Shown here in pieces: positions 9,681-20,312 of a stretch of DNA of 64,000 nt (positions are counted from its first letter, which is position 1; the number at the start of each line of letters is the position of its first letter). The stretch is from Thermodesulfobacteriota bacterium (GTDB lineage Bacteria; Desulfobacterota; Desulfobacteria; Desulfobacterales; SURF-7): the NCBI GenBank assembly GCA_049320885.1, contig JBMORA010000001.1:32001-96000 (forward strand), in the 5' to 3' direction. Under the pieces are notes generated by a model. The model saw nothing but the letters and a program-made list of their open reading frames with translations, ran no database searches and was not told where the DNA came from. The position numbers and the translations under genes were made by a program.

Positions 9681-10823
9681 ATGGCATCTGTAAATGACCA
9701 TTCGGAAATCAACCGGTTCATTTCCCACCTCACCGCCGCGGTGAACAATATCCGGCTCTATTCCGCCGGCCATCCGCAGGCCAGCCGGTACATCCAGACG
9801 GCCCATACGGGCATCTGCGATCTGCTGCGGGAAAAAGGCGATATCACCCTGCTGCTGGTCGACCAGGACATCATACTGGACAATCAGCCCCTGGATGCCG
9901 ACCGCTCCAACACCGCCTCATTTATTCGCATCCTGCGTGAAAACGGCATTGAACGCATCACTTTTTCAAACGAACCTCCGGAGAAGGAATTTTCCGATTT
10001 CATCCTCTGCCTGGCCTCACCGGAAGCCAAGACCATTTCCAGCACCCCCGCCATCAAACTCGGCAAGGTGGAAATACGGGTCGAAAAGGAAACCATCGCC
10101 CCGGGGCAACCGCTTTCCCAAGAACAAATCGAAATTGTTGCAAATCTGACAGCGGTGCGCGACACCCATTACGCCGAACTTCAGCAACTGTATGGCAACG
10201 CCAAAAAACGCGGCAAAATCGACGTCCGTGGTCTTGACGGCATGATCCACGCCTTTATCAGCGGGTTTTCCCGGGGATTGCCGCCTTTGGAGCTTCTGGC
10301 GGCCCTGAAATCGGCCGATGAATATACCTTCACCCATGTGGTCAATGTCTGCATCCTCACCATGAGTCAGGCCGAGTCCCTGGGATTCAAGGGAGATCAT
10401 TTATACAATATCGGCGTCGCTTCCGTCCTGCACGATGTGGGCAAACTGTTCATTCCGGACGAAATCATCAACAAGCCGGATCAACTGACCCGGGAGGAAC
10501 GGGGTATTATCGAAACCCATGCCGTCAAGGGCGCCCAGTATATCCTGAAGCTGGACAACATCCCCAAGCTGGCCGTTCTTGGAGCCATGGAACACCATAT
10601 CAAATTCGACGGCTCCGGCTATCCGGCCATGAAAGGAGGCTGGCGGCCCAATATCGTCAGCCAGATGATCGCCATTTCCGATGTATTTGACGCCCTGCGC
10701 AGCCGGCGCTCCTATTCGGAGCCCAAACCCCAGGAGGTCATCAAGAAAATCCTGCTACAAGACAAAGGAACGGCCTTCAACCCGTATCTGGTGGATCATT
10801 TTATCCGTCTGATCGAGCGTTGA
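9681..10823 (+). CDS. HD-GYP domain phosphodiesterase
   Basis: YTFTHVVNV, LHDVGK, HHIKFDGSGYP and DVFDALRSRRSY motifs. Confidence 0.9.
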   Translation: MASVNDHSEINRFISHLTAAVNNIRLYSAGHPQASRYIQTAHTGICDLLREKGDITLLLVDQDIILDNQPLDADRSNTASFIRILRENGIERITFSNEPPEKEFSDFILCLASPEAKTISSTPAIKLGKVEIRVEKETIAPGQPLSQEQIEIVANLTAVRDTHYAELQQLYGNAKKRGKIDVRGLDGMIHAFISGFSRGLPPLELLAALKSADEYTFTHVVNVCILTMSQAESLGFKGDHLYNIGVASVLHDVGKLFIPDEIINKPDQLTREERGIIETHAVKGAQYILKLDNIPKLAVLGAMEHHIKFDGSGYPAMKGGWRPNIVSQMIAISDVFDALRSRRSYSEPKPQEVIKKILLQDKGTAFNPYLVDHFIRLIER

Positions 10824-10895
10824 ACCCGGCAACCGTGCCGCCGCCTGGCCAGCCGTTTGGACGGCATGCGCTGCCAGGTCGTCCCGCAACCGTCT

Positions 10896-13181
10896 TCAGC
10901 CGCATTTGGAATACCCGCAGGCCCGGCAGGTTGCGCAACCTTCCTCGAAACAGATGGGCTGGCCGCATTCCGGGCAGCTGTCCCCCCTCAGGGAATGACC
11001 CGCCGGCTGCAGGGATCGCTTTTCGTTTCCCCGCAGGTAGCGTTCCTCCAGGACACGGCCGATGGCATCCGGTATGGAGAGAACCAGTTCCCCGTTATGG
11101 AACACCGCATGCTCCCCCCGGATCCCCTTGACCTGCTCCACGATATGCTCCACGCGCACACCGGACCGGAGAGCCAGGGAAATGAGCCGACCGATGGCTT
11201 CGGTTTTCGCCGTGGTGGACTTCCCGGACTTGCCGATGGTGGCGAAGACCTCGAAGGGGCGGCCTTCATACTCGGTCACCGTGACATACAGATGACCCAT
11301 CCCGGTCCGGATTTTGGTGGTGAATCCATTCAAGGTCTCAGGCCTGTCTTTCACCATGGAAAGAAACGGATCCTCCTGCCTCCCCGCCCCCGTGAAGGAA
11401 AGGACCTGATTTTCCTTGCTGCCGTCCCGGTATATGGTAACCCCCTTGCAACCCAGGGTAAAGGCCAGGTCATAGATCCCGCGGACATCTTCCACCGTCG
11501 CGTCCCTGGGGAGATTGACGGTTTTGGAAACGGCGTTGTCCGTATATTTCTGGAAGGCGGCCTGCATGCGCACGTGCCATTCCGCGGGCACATCGTGGGC
11601 GGTGATGAAAACATTGCGGACATCTTCCGGGATTTCCTCCATGGCCTGGATCCCGCCGTTCTCCGCGATGCGGCTCATCAGCTCCGGGCTGTAAAAACCT
11701 CGCTCCCTGGCCACCGTTTCAAAATAGGGGTTGACTTCCGGGAGTTCGTCGTTGTCCATCACCCGCCGGGTGAAACTGAGGGCAAACAGGGGTTCGATGC
11801 CGCTGGAACATCCCGCGATGATACTCAGCGTGCCGGTGGGAGCGATGGTGGTCACCGTGGCATTGCGGTAAGCCATGCCCTTGCGGCCCTTGAAAATACT
11901 CCGGTCGAAATTCCGAAACACGCCCCGACGGGATCCGAGATGGGCCGATGCGGCATGGGCTTCCTGCTGTATGAACTGCATGAGCGATTCCGCCACGGTT
12001 AATGCGGCTTCGGAATGATAGGAGATCCCCAGTTGAAAGAGAAGATCCGCGAAGCCCATCACCCCGAGACCGATCTTGCGATTGCCGTGAACCATTTCTT
12101 CGATCTCCGGCAACGGATACCGGGACATATCGATGGTGTTGTCCAGAAAGCGGACCGCCTGCCATACAATGGTTTTCAGACGCTCGAAATCGATGGCGGG
12201 GGGTTCTTCCGGATTGTTTCCCCGGCGATTCACGAATCTGGCGAGATTGATGGAGCCCAGATTGCAGGCTTCCATGGGCAGCAGGGGCTGCTCGCCGCAA
12301 GGGTTGGTACTCTCGATCGCCCCCAGGGCCGGAGTCGGGTTGTCGCGATTGATCCTGTCCAGAAAGATGATCCCGGGATCTCCGTTCTTCCAGGCCTGAT
12401 GGATCATTTTTTCAAAAACCGTAACGGCATCCAACTCCCCGACTTTTTCCCCGGAAGCAGGGTCCACAAGATCATAGGGCTGCCGCTGGCCCACCGCTTC
12501 CATGAAACGATCCGTAACCGCAACGGAAATATTGAAATTGTTCAGGGCGTTTTCATCCTGCTTGCAGCAGATGAATTGCAGGATATCGGGATGGTCCACC
12601 CGCAGGATGCCCATGTTGGCGCCCCGGCGGGTCCCGCCCTGTTTGACCTGTTCGGTGGCGGTATTGAAAACCTTCATGAAGGAAACCGGTCCCGAAGCCA
12701 CGCCGCCGGTTGTTCCGACCCGGCTGTTGGCCGGTCGCAATCGGGAAAAGGAAAAACCCGTTCCCCCGCCGGATTTGTGGATCAGGGCCGCGTGTTTGAT
12801 GGAATTGAAAATGTCATCCATGCTGTCTTCAATGGGCAGCACGAAACAGGCTGCCAGCTGCCCCAGCCTGCGTCCGGCGTTCATCAGGGTCGGTGAATTG
12901 GGCAGGAAATCGAAATCCGTCATCATGCGGTAAAAAACATCTTCCATCCGCCCGGCTGCGGCTTCCCCATCGTACCGGTTTTCCGCCTTGGCGATATGAC
13001 GGGCCACCCGCCGGAACATTTTCTCCGGTGTTTCAATTACCCGGCCCTTGCTGTCTTTTTTTAAATATCGTTTCTGCAGAACGACCCGGGCGTTCTCCGA
13101 CAGCAACAGTCCCTGCCCGGCCGATACGGATGTTTCCATCCGTCCGTCTTCCGATATCTCCAATTTGTTCCTGCGCGCCAT
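10896..13181 (-). CDS. nrdJ: Vitamin B12-dependent (class II) ribonucleotide reductase
   Basis: NSPTLMNAG, ACFVL, GGGTG, TNPCGEQPL, CNLGSINL and TIAPTGT motifs. C-terminal TSCPD-like domain and a CPEC..CRAC zinc ribbon. Start estimated at MARRNK. Confidence 0.93.
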   Translation of the reverse strand: MARRNKLEISEDGRMETSVSAGQGLLLSENARVVLQKRYLKKDSKGRVIETPEKMFRRVARHIAKAENRYDGEAAAGRMEDVFYRMMTDFDFLPNSPTLMNAGRRLGQLAACFVLPIEDSMDDIFNSIKHAALIHKSGGGTGFSFSRLRPANSRVGTTGGVASGPVSFMKVFNTATEQVKQGGTRRGANMGILRVDHPDILQFICCKQDENALNNFNISVAVTDRFMEAVGQRQPYDLVDPASGEKVGELDAVTVFEKMIHQAWKNGDPGIIFLDRINRDNPTPALGAIESTNPCGEQPLLPMEACNLGSINLARFVNRRGNNPEEPPAIDFERLKTIVWQAVRFLDNTIDMSRYPLPEIEEMVHGNRKIGLGVMGFADLLFQLGISYHSEAALTVAESLMQFIQQEAHAASAHLGSRRGVFRNFDRSIFKGRKGMAYRNATVTTIAPTGTLSIIAGCSSGIEPLFALSFTRRVMDNDELPEVNPYFETVARERGFYSPELMSRIAENGGIQAMEEIPEDVRNVFITAHDVPAEWHVRMQAAFQKYTDNAVSKTVNLPRDATVEDVRGIYDLAFTLGCKGVTIYRDGSKENQVLSFTGAGRQEDPFLSMVKDRPETLNGFTTKIRTGMGHLYVTVTEYEGRPFEVFATIGKSGKSTTAKTEAIGRLISLALRSGVRVEHIVEQVKGIRGEHAVFHNGELVLSIPDAIGRVLEERYLRGNEKRSLQPAGHSLRGDSCPECGQPICFEEGCATCRACGYSKCG

Positions 13182-13263
13182 GGCTTCCCCCGCAATTTGC
13201 CTTTTCCGGCATGTTCCGCCGGCTGATCTCCGACAGTGGTGGCTCTGACATAGACTCCTCGTT

Positions 13264-13283
13264 ACATACCACATATGGTATGT
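13264..13283. promoter_or_regulatory. Palindromic operator upstream of nrdJ, probable NrdR box
   Basis: ACATACCA-CATA-TGGTATGT perfect 8-bp inverted repeat. It resembles the NrdR-box consensus and overlaps a minus-strand TTGACA (13281-13286). Confidence 0.7.
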
Positions 13284-13612
13284 CAAGTCCAATCTGCCAC
13301 AACCGGACAGGGGCTTCAGCGGTAACTCCACCCCGGTGTTACCGCAACACGCGGCTCTTGAATTAGCCGACCGGTGATGATAAGATCAGTAAATATTCTC
13401 GGTAATGGATACGACAGGAACGCACCGCTTCCATGGTGCCCCTGCCACGGGATACTCCCTATCCGGTTTTCCAGCATTGTCTCGAGCAGTCGGATCAGGC
13501 CACGGTATTTCCAGAATGGAAAATCTTGATTCACCGCAGGAAGGTGCGTGACCATGCGTGATGGAACAGGCCCGGTCGGATCAGAACGCAGAGGTACACT
13601 TGGGAGGCGCTT

Positions 13613-15103
13613 ATGACGACGGAAGCAGAGAACAAAAGGAATCAACGGCGGAAAAAAATCCTGATATTCAATTCGATTCTGGTCCTGATCGGTTACGGCA
13701 TCACCCAAGTGGCCAGCCTGCTGGCCAAGGCGGCCGGCCTGACCAGCATCACCTACACCCAGATCCTGTTCCTGCTGTTATTATCTTCCGGCAGCATCAT
13801 CATCTATGTAACCGTCATCCGTTACCTGCAGGATGTCACCAAGGCAAAAGCCAATTTCATTTTTTTCTCCCAGTACGTTTTCTGGATTGTCCTCTATTTT
13901 TTCTGGGTGATCTGGCTCAATGAAGCCAGGGTCATGGGGCTGTTTTTCGCCATCATGGGACTCTGTTTTCTGATCTTCAGCTCCAATCTGTTCTGGTCCC
14001 TGATCATTTCCTTTGCCGTGGCGGTTTTGCACCTTGCCGGGGCGTACATCGGTCTGGAATATTATCAGCAGGGCGGCAGTTTGAAGCTCGAAATTTTTTA
14101 TACCCTGTGCTATCTGCCCTCCGCCGTACTGATTTCCTACCTTTCGGAAAGCTTCGGGAAACAAAAGCGGGAAATCCTTCAGGCCAAAAAATCAGCGGAA
14201 GAATCCCGGGATTCGCTGGAAAGACTGGTCAAAAGTATCGGGAAAAAATGTGAGACCCTGAATACCGCCTCCGCAATCCTGCTCGGACTGGCGAACAACA
14301 TGTCGTCCGCCACCGGCGAAATCGCCACCCGCTCCGCGGAGGTGACCTCCTCCTCCGGGGAAATGAGCACCAACATCAATTCAGTGGCTTCGGCGATGAA
14401 TGAAACCTCCGACCGAGTCAGGCTCATCGCCACTTCCATCGAGGAGATGACCTCGACCATCAATGAGATTTCCCAGCACGCCGGAAAAGCCCAGGACATT
14501 TCCAACAAGGCCGTCAACCAGTCCATCGTGGTTTCCCAGAAAGTGGAGACCCTGGGAAACGTCGCCCAGGAAATCGGACATATCACCGAGGTGATCTCGG
14601 ATATCTCCGCCCAGACCAATCTGCTGGCGCTGAACGCCACCATCGAAGCCGCCCGGGCCGGAGAGTCCGGCAAAGGATTCGCCGTGGTGGCCAACGAAAT
14701 CAAGGAACTCGCCCGGCAGACAGCGGACGCGACATTGAAAATCAAGGAACAGATCATCAATATCCAGAACACCACCACCACCACGGCGGACGTCATTTCC
14801 GGAATCATGGTGATCATCAACGAAGTCAACGACATCGTATCCTCCATCACCATGGCCATCGGCGAGCAATCCACCACCACCAGGGAAATCGCCGACAACG
14901 TCGCCCAGACGTCGGTGGGGATATCCGAGGTGAATCAGGTCGCCATCGACAGCTCGAATTACGCCCTTGAAATCACCAAGGCCATTTCCGATGTGAATGA
15001 GGATGTCGGGCGGATATCCGACAGCAGCAGTCAGGTTAACCAGAGCGCACTGGACCTTTCAAATCTGGCGAAGGATTTGAGCGATCTGACCAAAAACTTT
15101 TAG
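13613..15103 (+). CDS. Methyl-accepting chemotaxis protein with polytopic membrane N-terminus
   Basis: MCP signature [37 protein letters not shown]; about 6 hydrophobic segments; GGGAGG RBS. Confidence 0.92.
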   Translation: MTTEAENKRNQRRKKILIFNSILVLIGYGITQVASLLAKAAGLTSITYTQILFLLLLSSGSIIIYVTVIRYLQDVTKAKANFIFFSQYVFWIVLYFFWVIWLNEARVMGLFFAIMGLCFLIFSSNLFWSLIISFAVAVLHLAGAYIGLEYYQQGGSLKLEIFYTLCYLPSAVLISYLSESFGKQKREILQAKKSAEESRDSLERLVKSIGKKCETLNTASAILLGLANNMSSATGEIATRSAEVTSSSGEMSTNINSVASAMNETSDRVRLIATSIEEMTSTINEISQHAGKAQDISNKAVNQSIVVSQKVETLGNVAQEIGHITEVISDISAQTNLLALNATIEAARAGESGKGFAVVANEIKELARQTADATLKIKEQIINIQNTTTTTADVISGIMVIINEVNDIVSSITMAIGEQSTTTREIADNVAQTSVGISEVNQVAIDSSNYALEITKAISDVNEDVGRISDSSSQVNQSALDLSNLAKDLSDLTKNF

Positions 15104-15156
15104 GTTTCCGGCGGGATGCGCTCCGGCTCTGCCCAGCCGGCGCACACCGGAACGGG

Positions 15157-16251
15157 ATGACGGGGAAGTTGTTGGAAAAAAAGGAACGGCTGAGACTTCA
15201 ACGGGAACTGGCGGACTGGTATCGGACTGCTCACCGGAGGCTCCCCTGGCGGGAAAATACCGACCCCTACCGGGTTTGGGTCTCCGAAGTCATGTTGCAG
15301 CAGACCCGGGTGGAAACCGTGATCCCCTACTATCAGCGGTTCATGGAGCGCTTTCCCACCTTGAAATCGCTGGCGGACGCGGACGGGGAAACCCTGATGA
15401 AACTCTGGGAAGGCCTTGGATATTACTCCCGGGCGCGGAATCTGTGGCAGTCGGCCCGAATCCTCTGCCGGGATTACGGCGGCCGGCTGCCCGGCACCCG
15501 GGAGGAATTGATCCGGCTTCCGGGAATCGGCGACTATATCGCGGCGGCTGTTCTCAGTATCGCTTTTCAACAACCGGCGGCAGTGGTCGACGGGAATGTC
15601 AAACGGATTCTGGCCCGGCTCTTCATGGAAAAAGCGGCTGTCAACGACCCCGGCGCCAAGCAAACATTTACCGCTCTCGCCGAAGGGCTCCTCGATGAAC
15701 GGAATCCCGGCCAATTCAACCAGGCGATGATGGAACTGGGGCAACGCATCTGCACTCCCGGAGTCCCGGATTGCCCGGTATGTCCCATCCGCTCCGGTTG
15801 CCGGGCCTTTCGCAATCAAATGACGGACGACTACCCCCGCAGGCTTCGGAAAAAATCGACGCCCCTGAAAAAAATGATATTCGCCGTGGTGATGCGGGGT
15901 GAGTGTCTGCTGATTCTGCGGCGGCCGGACCAGGGTCTGCTGGGCGGACTTTGGGAATTCCCCGGAAACGAGCCTGAGGGAAACGGGGCCGGTGAAGAAA
16001 TGGCGCGGGCTATCATCCACCGACAGACGGGAATCCGGGCCGATGTACTCCGCCTTCTGGGAACTGTCCGCCATGCCTATACCCATTTCCGTATATCCGC
16101 CGATGTCTATCTCTGCGGCCACCTATCAGGTGAAGTCGGTCTGAACGGTCATACGGCCCATCTATGGGTTCGGCCGGAAAAACTGCGGGAATACGCTCTG
16201 CACAAAATGATCCATAAAATGCTGCCCCTGTTGCCGCCGCATCCGCCATGA
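15157..16251 (+). CDS. mutY: A/G-specific adenine glycosylase
   Basis: WVSEVMLQQT, GLGYYSRARN, HhH LPGIGDY, VDGNV, Fe-S CxxxxxxCxxCxxxxxC, NUDIX-like GLLGGLWEFP. Confidence 0.95.
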   Translation: MTGKLLEKKERLRLQRELADWYRTAHRRLPWRENTDPYRVWVSEVMLQQTRVETVIPYYQRFMERFPTLKSLADADGETLMKLWEGLGYYSRARNLWQSARILCRDYGGRLPGTREELIRLPGIGDYIAAAVLSIAFQQPAAVVDGNVKRILARLFMEKAAVNDPGAKQTFTALAEGLLDERNPGQFNQAMMELGQRICTPGVPDCPVCPIRSGCRAFRNQMTDDYPRRLRKKSTPLKKMIFAVVMRGECLLILRRPDQGLLGGLWEFPGNEPEGNGAGEEMARAIIHRQTGIRADVLRLLGTVRHAYTHFRISADVYLCGHLSGEVGLNGHTAHLWVRPEKLREYALHKMIHKMLPLLPPHPP

Positions 16252-16916
16252 CCCCAGGAACAACCGGAAAACGCATCCGGGAATGCGTGGTATTGCTCCA
16301 CGGCCTGGCCCGATCCCGGCGCTCCATGGCCGGAATGGAGCGGGCGGTTACCGCGGACGGATACGCCGCCTGCAACATCGGTTATCCCTCCACCCGCCAT
16401 CCCCTTGATGAACTGGCGGAGCGGTTCGTGCTGCCGGAAATTCATTCCCGCATCGGCCGCGGGGTCGGTCCCATCCATTTCGTCACCCATTCCATGGGCG
16501 GCATCCTTGTCCGGGTCCTAACGGAACGACAGCCCGGTTTCCCCATCGGACGGGTGGTGATGCTGAGCCCACCCAACAAGGGCAGTGAAATCGTCGACCG
16601 GCTAGGGGGCCTGAGGCTGTTTGCCGCTCTGTACGGACCGGCTGGCCGGCAGCTCGGAACCGGCCGGGAGAGCGTACCCAACCGGCTGGGGCCGGCGAAA
16701 TTCGAACTAGGCGTCATCACCGGCGACCGTGCCCTGGACCCGCTGTTATCCTTACTTGTTCCCGGCCCCAACGACGGCAGGGTCTCCGTGGAAAGCGCCA
16801 AACTTGCCGGCATGCGGGATTTCCGGGTCCTGCATGCACCCCATCCCTTCATCATGCGAAACCGTGAGGCCCTTCGCCAGACCCTTCATTTTCTGCGGCA
16901 CGGGTTGTTCTCATGA
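16248..16916 (+). CDS. Alpha/beta hydrolase (lipase/esterase-like)
   Basis: VLLHGL oxyanion motif, THSMGG nucleophile elbow, NDGRV and a C-terminal His. Confidence 0.85.
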   Translation: MTPGTTGKRIRECVVLLHGLARSRRSMAGMERAVTADGYAACNIGYPSTRHPLDELAERFVLPEIHSRIGRGVGPIHFVTHSMGGILVRVLTERQPGFPIGRVVMLSPPNKGSEIVDRLGGLRLFAALYGPAGRQLGTGRESVPNRLGPAKFELGVITGDRALDPLLSLLVPGPNDGRVSVESAKLAGMRDFRVLHAPHPFIMRNREALRQTLHFLRHGLFS

Positions 16917-19268
16917 ATCCAGTTCGCGACGGATGGCCAGGCCGATTTTTTCCAGCAGATAGGGTTTGCGCAGATAGGCCCCGGCGCCGAGCCGGAGGAT
17001 CTCGTTGACCCGCTCGCTTTCGGTGAAACCGCTGGTCACGATGGCCTTTTGACCGGGACGGAGTTCAAGAATGCGGCGGTAGGTTTCCAGCCCGTCCATC
17101 CCGGGGTCCATGATCATGTCCAGCACTACCAGGTCCACCGGCTGCCGCTCGATATAGGCAACAGCCGCTTCCCCACTGGACACGGAATCCACCCGGTACC
17201 CCAGCCGGGTGATCATGTGCGAGGCCACTTCCCGCTGCAGTTCCACGTCGTCCACCACCAGGATCGTCTCCCCGTTTCCCCGGTAGGTCTCCGGCGGGGC
17301 AGGAGTCTCCCTTCCGGGAAGGCATTCCCGGGTGACGGGGAGGTAAACCTCGAAACGGGCCCCCGCGCCCTCCCGGCTGTGGAGATGGATGAAACCCCGG
17401 TGTTCCTGCACCACCCCCCATACCACCGAAAGCCCCAGGCCTGTTCCGCTGCGGCCCAGCACCTTGCGGGTGTAGAACGGTTCGAAAATCCGGGCATGAT
17501 CTGCTTCGGGAACCCCCCTGCCATTGTCGGCCACCGTCAGGCGGACGTAATCCCCCTCGGTCACGTCACTGGTGCCTTTCAGGCGTCGGTCCACGTAGCA
17601 GTTCTCCGTGGCAATGCTCAACCTTCCTTCCGTCCCCTGCATGGACTCAAAGGCGTTGATCACCAGGTTCATCAAGGTCTTTGTCAGGGAGACCGCCACG
17701 CCTTTGATGGGCAGCAGTTCCTTCTGCAGCGCGGTCTCGACCTTGATTCCTGGGTGTTCCAGCATCAGGCGGCCGTGCTCCGGACTGGTCAGGTATTCGC
17801 CGATGATCCGATTCAGTTCCAGCACTTCCATGGAAGCATGGCCCCGCCGTGAGAGCGCCAGCAGGTCCTGAACAATGGCCGCAGCCCGCTCCCCCGACCG
17901 CAGGATGGTTTCCATCGGATTTCGCAACGGGCTGTCGGGCTCCAGGGTCATGAGCAGCAATTCGGGGTAACTCACCAGGCCGGCCAGGATATTATTGAGA
18001 TCGTGGGCCACTCCTCCGGCCAGGGTCCCGATGGCATCCATTTTCTGGGCCTGCATCAACTGCTCGTTGAGTCGGCGCCTCTCCTTTTCAGCCTGCTTCT
18101 GCGGGGTGACATCCCGGCTGATCCCCACCAGGCCGGTGATGTGTCCTTCGGCGTCAAACAGCGGCGCCTTGTAAGTGTCGAAATAAACCGTATCACCCGA
18201 TCGCCCGGCCACCTGTTCCTCGAATCGGCAGGGGATACGGCGCATCAGGCTCTCTGCATCGCTCCGCCGGCAGGTCTCGGCCAGATCGATAGGGAATAGT
18301 TCGCCGTCGGTAAGGCCCAGGATTTTTTCCATCGGCAGGCCGGCAAGCTCGGCGAAGGCCCTGTTGACCACCAGGTTCCGGCCCTGAATATCCTTGAAAT
18401 AAATGGGGTCCGGAATGGCCTCGATCAGGGCGTTGAGCCGCCGGTTGATTTCCTGCAGATCGTTTTCGGTTCGCCGGCGCTTTTCGATCTCCCGCCGAAG
18501 GTCTTCCACCGACAAAGCCAGTTCCGCATGGCTGCAGCGCAGCCGTGCATCCATCTGCCTGCGCCGAAACATGCTCCACAGGGCCAGGCCGGTCATGCAG
18601 AACCCCAGCAGGGAGGCCGCGCTCATGACCGTCAGGATGAAGCGGGTCTGACGCCGGGCTCCGGTGGCCTCCAGAATCTCCGAAAGTGGAGTGGACAGCC
18701 CGATGGTCCAGACATGGGGACCGAAACGCACCGGTGTCCAGGCTGCGATTTCAGGACCTTTTTCCGGTAACCAGACATACCAGCCGACCCCTTCGGCCGC
18801 ATCGGTCACGTTCCGGCACATCTCTTCATAATGGCGGGCGCCGTTACGAGCCTGGAAGGCGAAAATCTCCGCCATGCTCTTGCCGCGGTATTCTTCCGGA
18901 AAATCGGAGCTGAGATCGAAAACCACATGGTCCGGCGCGTAAATCCAGGCATCCCCGTTTGCAAGGAGGCGCACCGGTTCGACAAAACGACGGAAAATCT
19001 CCTGCTCGATCTTTTCGATGGACCGGCCGCGTTCCAGTTCATACCGGACGTAGGAAGCCACGCTGCGGGACACCGCCCGGACGATTTCGAGCTGGGTTTC
19101 CTGGTAGGCGCGGGTGACGGCCTGCCGCACCGTCACCTGGTACCGAATGGCGACGAACCATCCCAGGGCCAGAACCAGGACCACCAGAAAAACCAGGGTC
19201 GGCTCGAAAATTCGCAGCAGGTAAGCGGGGCGGGGTTCATCTTGTCCGGGAATCGCGGGCGTCGGCAT
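16911..19268 (-). CDS. Hybrid sensor histidine kinase/response regulator (periplasmic sensor, PAS, HisKA, HATPase, REC)
   Basis: Two TM segments, PAS (IPDPIYFKD), H-box AHDLNN, DNGRG, FEPFYT, GTGLGL, receiver LVVDD/DMIM/KP. Confidence 0.93.
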   Translation of the reverse strand: MPTPAIPGQDEPRPAYLLRIFEPTLVFLVVLVLALGWFVAIRYQVTVRQAVTRAYQETQLEIVRAVSRSVASYVRYELERGRSIEKIEQEIFRRFVEPVRLLANGDAWIYAPDHVVFDLSSDFPEEYRGKSMAEIFAFQARNGARHYEEMCRNVTDAAEGVGWYVWLPEKGPEIAAWTPVRFGPHVWTIGLSTPLSEILEATGARRQTRFILTVMSAASLLGFCMTGLALWSMFRRRQMDARLRCSHAELALSVEDLRREIEKRRRTENDLQEINRRLNALIEAIPDPIYFKDIQGRNLVVNRAFAELAGLPMEKILGLTDGELFPIDLAETCRRSDAESLMRRIPCRFEEQVAGRSGDTVYFDTYKAPLFDAEGHITGLVGISRDVTPQKQAEKERRRLNEQLMQAQKMDAIGTLAGGVAHDLNNILAGLVSYPELLLMTLEPDSPLRNPMETILRSGERAAAIVQDLLALSRRGHASMEVLELNRIIGEYLTSPEHGRLMLEHPGIKVETALQKELLPIKGVAVSLTKTLMNLVINAFESMQGTEGRLSIATENCYVDRRLKGTSDVTEGDYVRLTVADNGRGVPEADHARIFEPFYTRKVLGRSGTGLGLSVVWGVVQEHRGFIHLHSREGAGARFEVYLPVTRECLPGRETPAPPETYRGNGETILVVDDVELQREVASHMITRLGYRVDSVSSGEAAVAYIERQPVDLVVLDMIMDPGMDGLETYRRILELRPGQKAIVTSGFTESERVNEILRLGAGAYLRKPYLLEKIGLAIRRELDS

Positions 19269-19409
19269 GAGGGATGGTCACAGCTCCTTTTCCGTTCCGG
19301 CCGCCGCTGCCGCGGCAACCGGGCTGGGCGAGACATCTGGATCTCCGTTCGGGCGGCATGCGCCGCCAGAATACCGGAATTAATACGAATTTCCTAATAA
19401 TGCCATGGA

Positions 19410-19438
19410 AGTATATGCAATGGGTATCCGGGTGTCAA
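19410..19438 (-). promoter_or_regulatory. sigma70-type promoter for the hybrid kinase
   Basis: Minus strand TTGACA (19438-19433), 17 bp spacer, TATACT (19415-19410). Confidence 0.7.
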
Positions 19439-19439
19439 G

Positions 19440-19469
19440 ATGATTGCCCATGCCATGATTGCCCATGCC
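19440..19469. repeat. 15-bp tandem direct repeat ATGATTGCCCATGCC x2
   Basis: Read directly from the sequence; immediately upstream of the kinase -35 element. Confidence 0.9.
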
Positions 19470-19680
19470 CGTTATCATTGTCCGGCATATTCCACCGAGC
19501 CGGATCTGCCCCTGCGGCCATCGGCCTCGGCGGCGGATCAACCCTTTTTCCGCCCACGGACGACGCGGATTTTCCCGGATGAGAAAAAATACCGCAAAAA
19601 AATGAAACTTTTTGCCACCTACCGGGTTTAACTGTCTAAACGGCAACCATGTTTAATTTACCCGAAAAGGAGACTGAAAA

Positions 19681-20241
19681 ATGAAAAGATCGATGATGAT
19701 GGTATTGGCGATAACCCTGCTGATGACCCTGGGCCTTGGCGGCAACTCGTTTGCCGGTAACGGCAATATGCGCTCCGATGGAACTGCCGCCGCTATCCAA
19801 AACGGTAACGCGGACAATCCCCGGGGTGTTCTCAAAGAACAATTCCGCCATTGCGCCCGATGGCATCACCGGCCGGTTCTGAACCGGTTGTTCCACTGCA
19901 TGCAGGACCTGAATTTGTCCGACGAAACCCGACAGGCCGTCCGGGATTTGCTGGCGGCGTATAAAGAATCCGCTGCGGCCCGCAGGGAAGCATACAACCA
20001 GGCGCGGATCGCCTACTGGGAAGCGCTCACCGCCCCGGTGCTGGATGAAGCCGCCCTGGCTGCCGCTGAAGACGCCATGCTGGCTCTCATCAACGAGGGG
20101 ATGAATGCCAAATTCGATCTGGCCTATGCCATCCGGGGTCTGCTGACGGATGAACAGATCGCCCAACTGTCAACCTGTTTCGATTTTTCGGTTGATGACG
20201 ATCAGGACGATGAGCCTGCGGGCGATCTGGAAAACGACTGA
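19681..20241 (+). CDS. Spy/CpxP-family periplasmic protein
   Basis: Signal peptide, LNLSDETR and LLTDEQ (LTxxQ) motifs; AGGAG RBS. Confidence 0.8.
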   Translation: MKRSMMMVLAITLLMTLGLGGNSFAGNGNMRSDGTAAAIQNGNADNPRGVLKEQFRHCARWHHRPVLNRLFHCMQDLNLSDETRQAVRDLLAAYKESAAARREAYNQARIAYWEALTAPVLDEAALAAAEDAMLALINEGMNAKFDLAYAIRGLLTDEQIAQLSTCFDFSVDDDQDDEPAGDLEND

Positions 20242-20288
20242 GTCATCTCTTCCACATCTCCTCCAACCCCAACCAGAGGTAACCGAGT

Positions 20289-20312
20289 AAGGGAGGGCAG
20301 GTCCCTCCCTTT
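20289..20312 (+). terminator. Putative intrinsic terminator
   Basis: AAGGGAGGG-CAGGT-CCCTCCCTT hairpin downstream of the Spy/CpxP gene. Confidence 0.55.

Noticed and set aside
13182..13331. N-terminal extension of nrdJ in the ORF track
   Set aside because: It spans the operator and promoter region and has no RNR-like sequence.
13330..13610. Possible cobalamin or c-di-GMP riboswitch between nrdJ and the MCP gene
   Set aside because: I could not identify the conserved core motifs by eye; an Rfam scan is needed.
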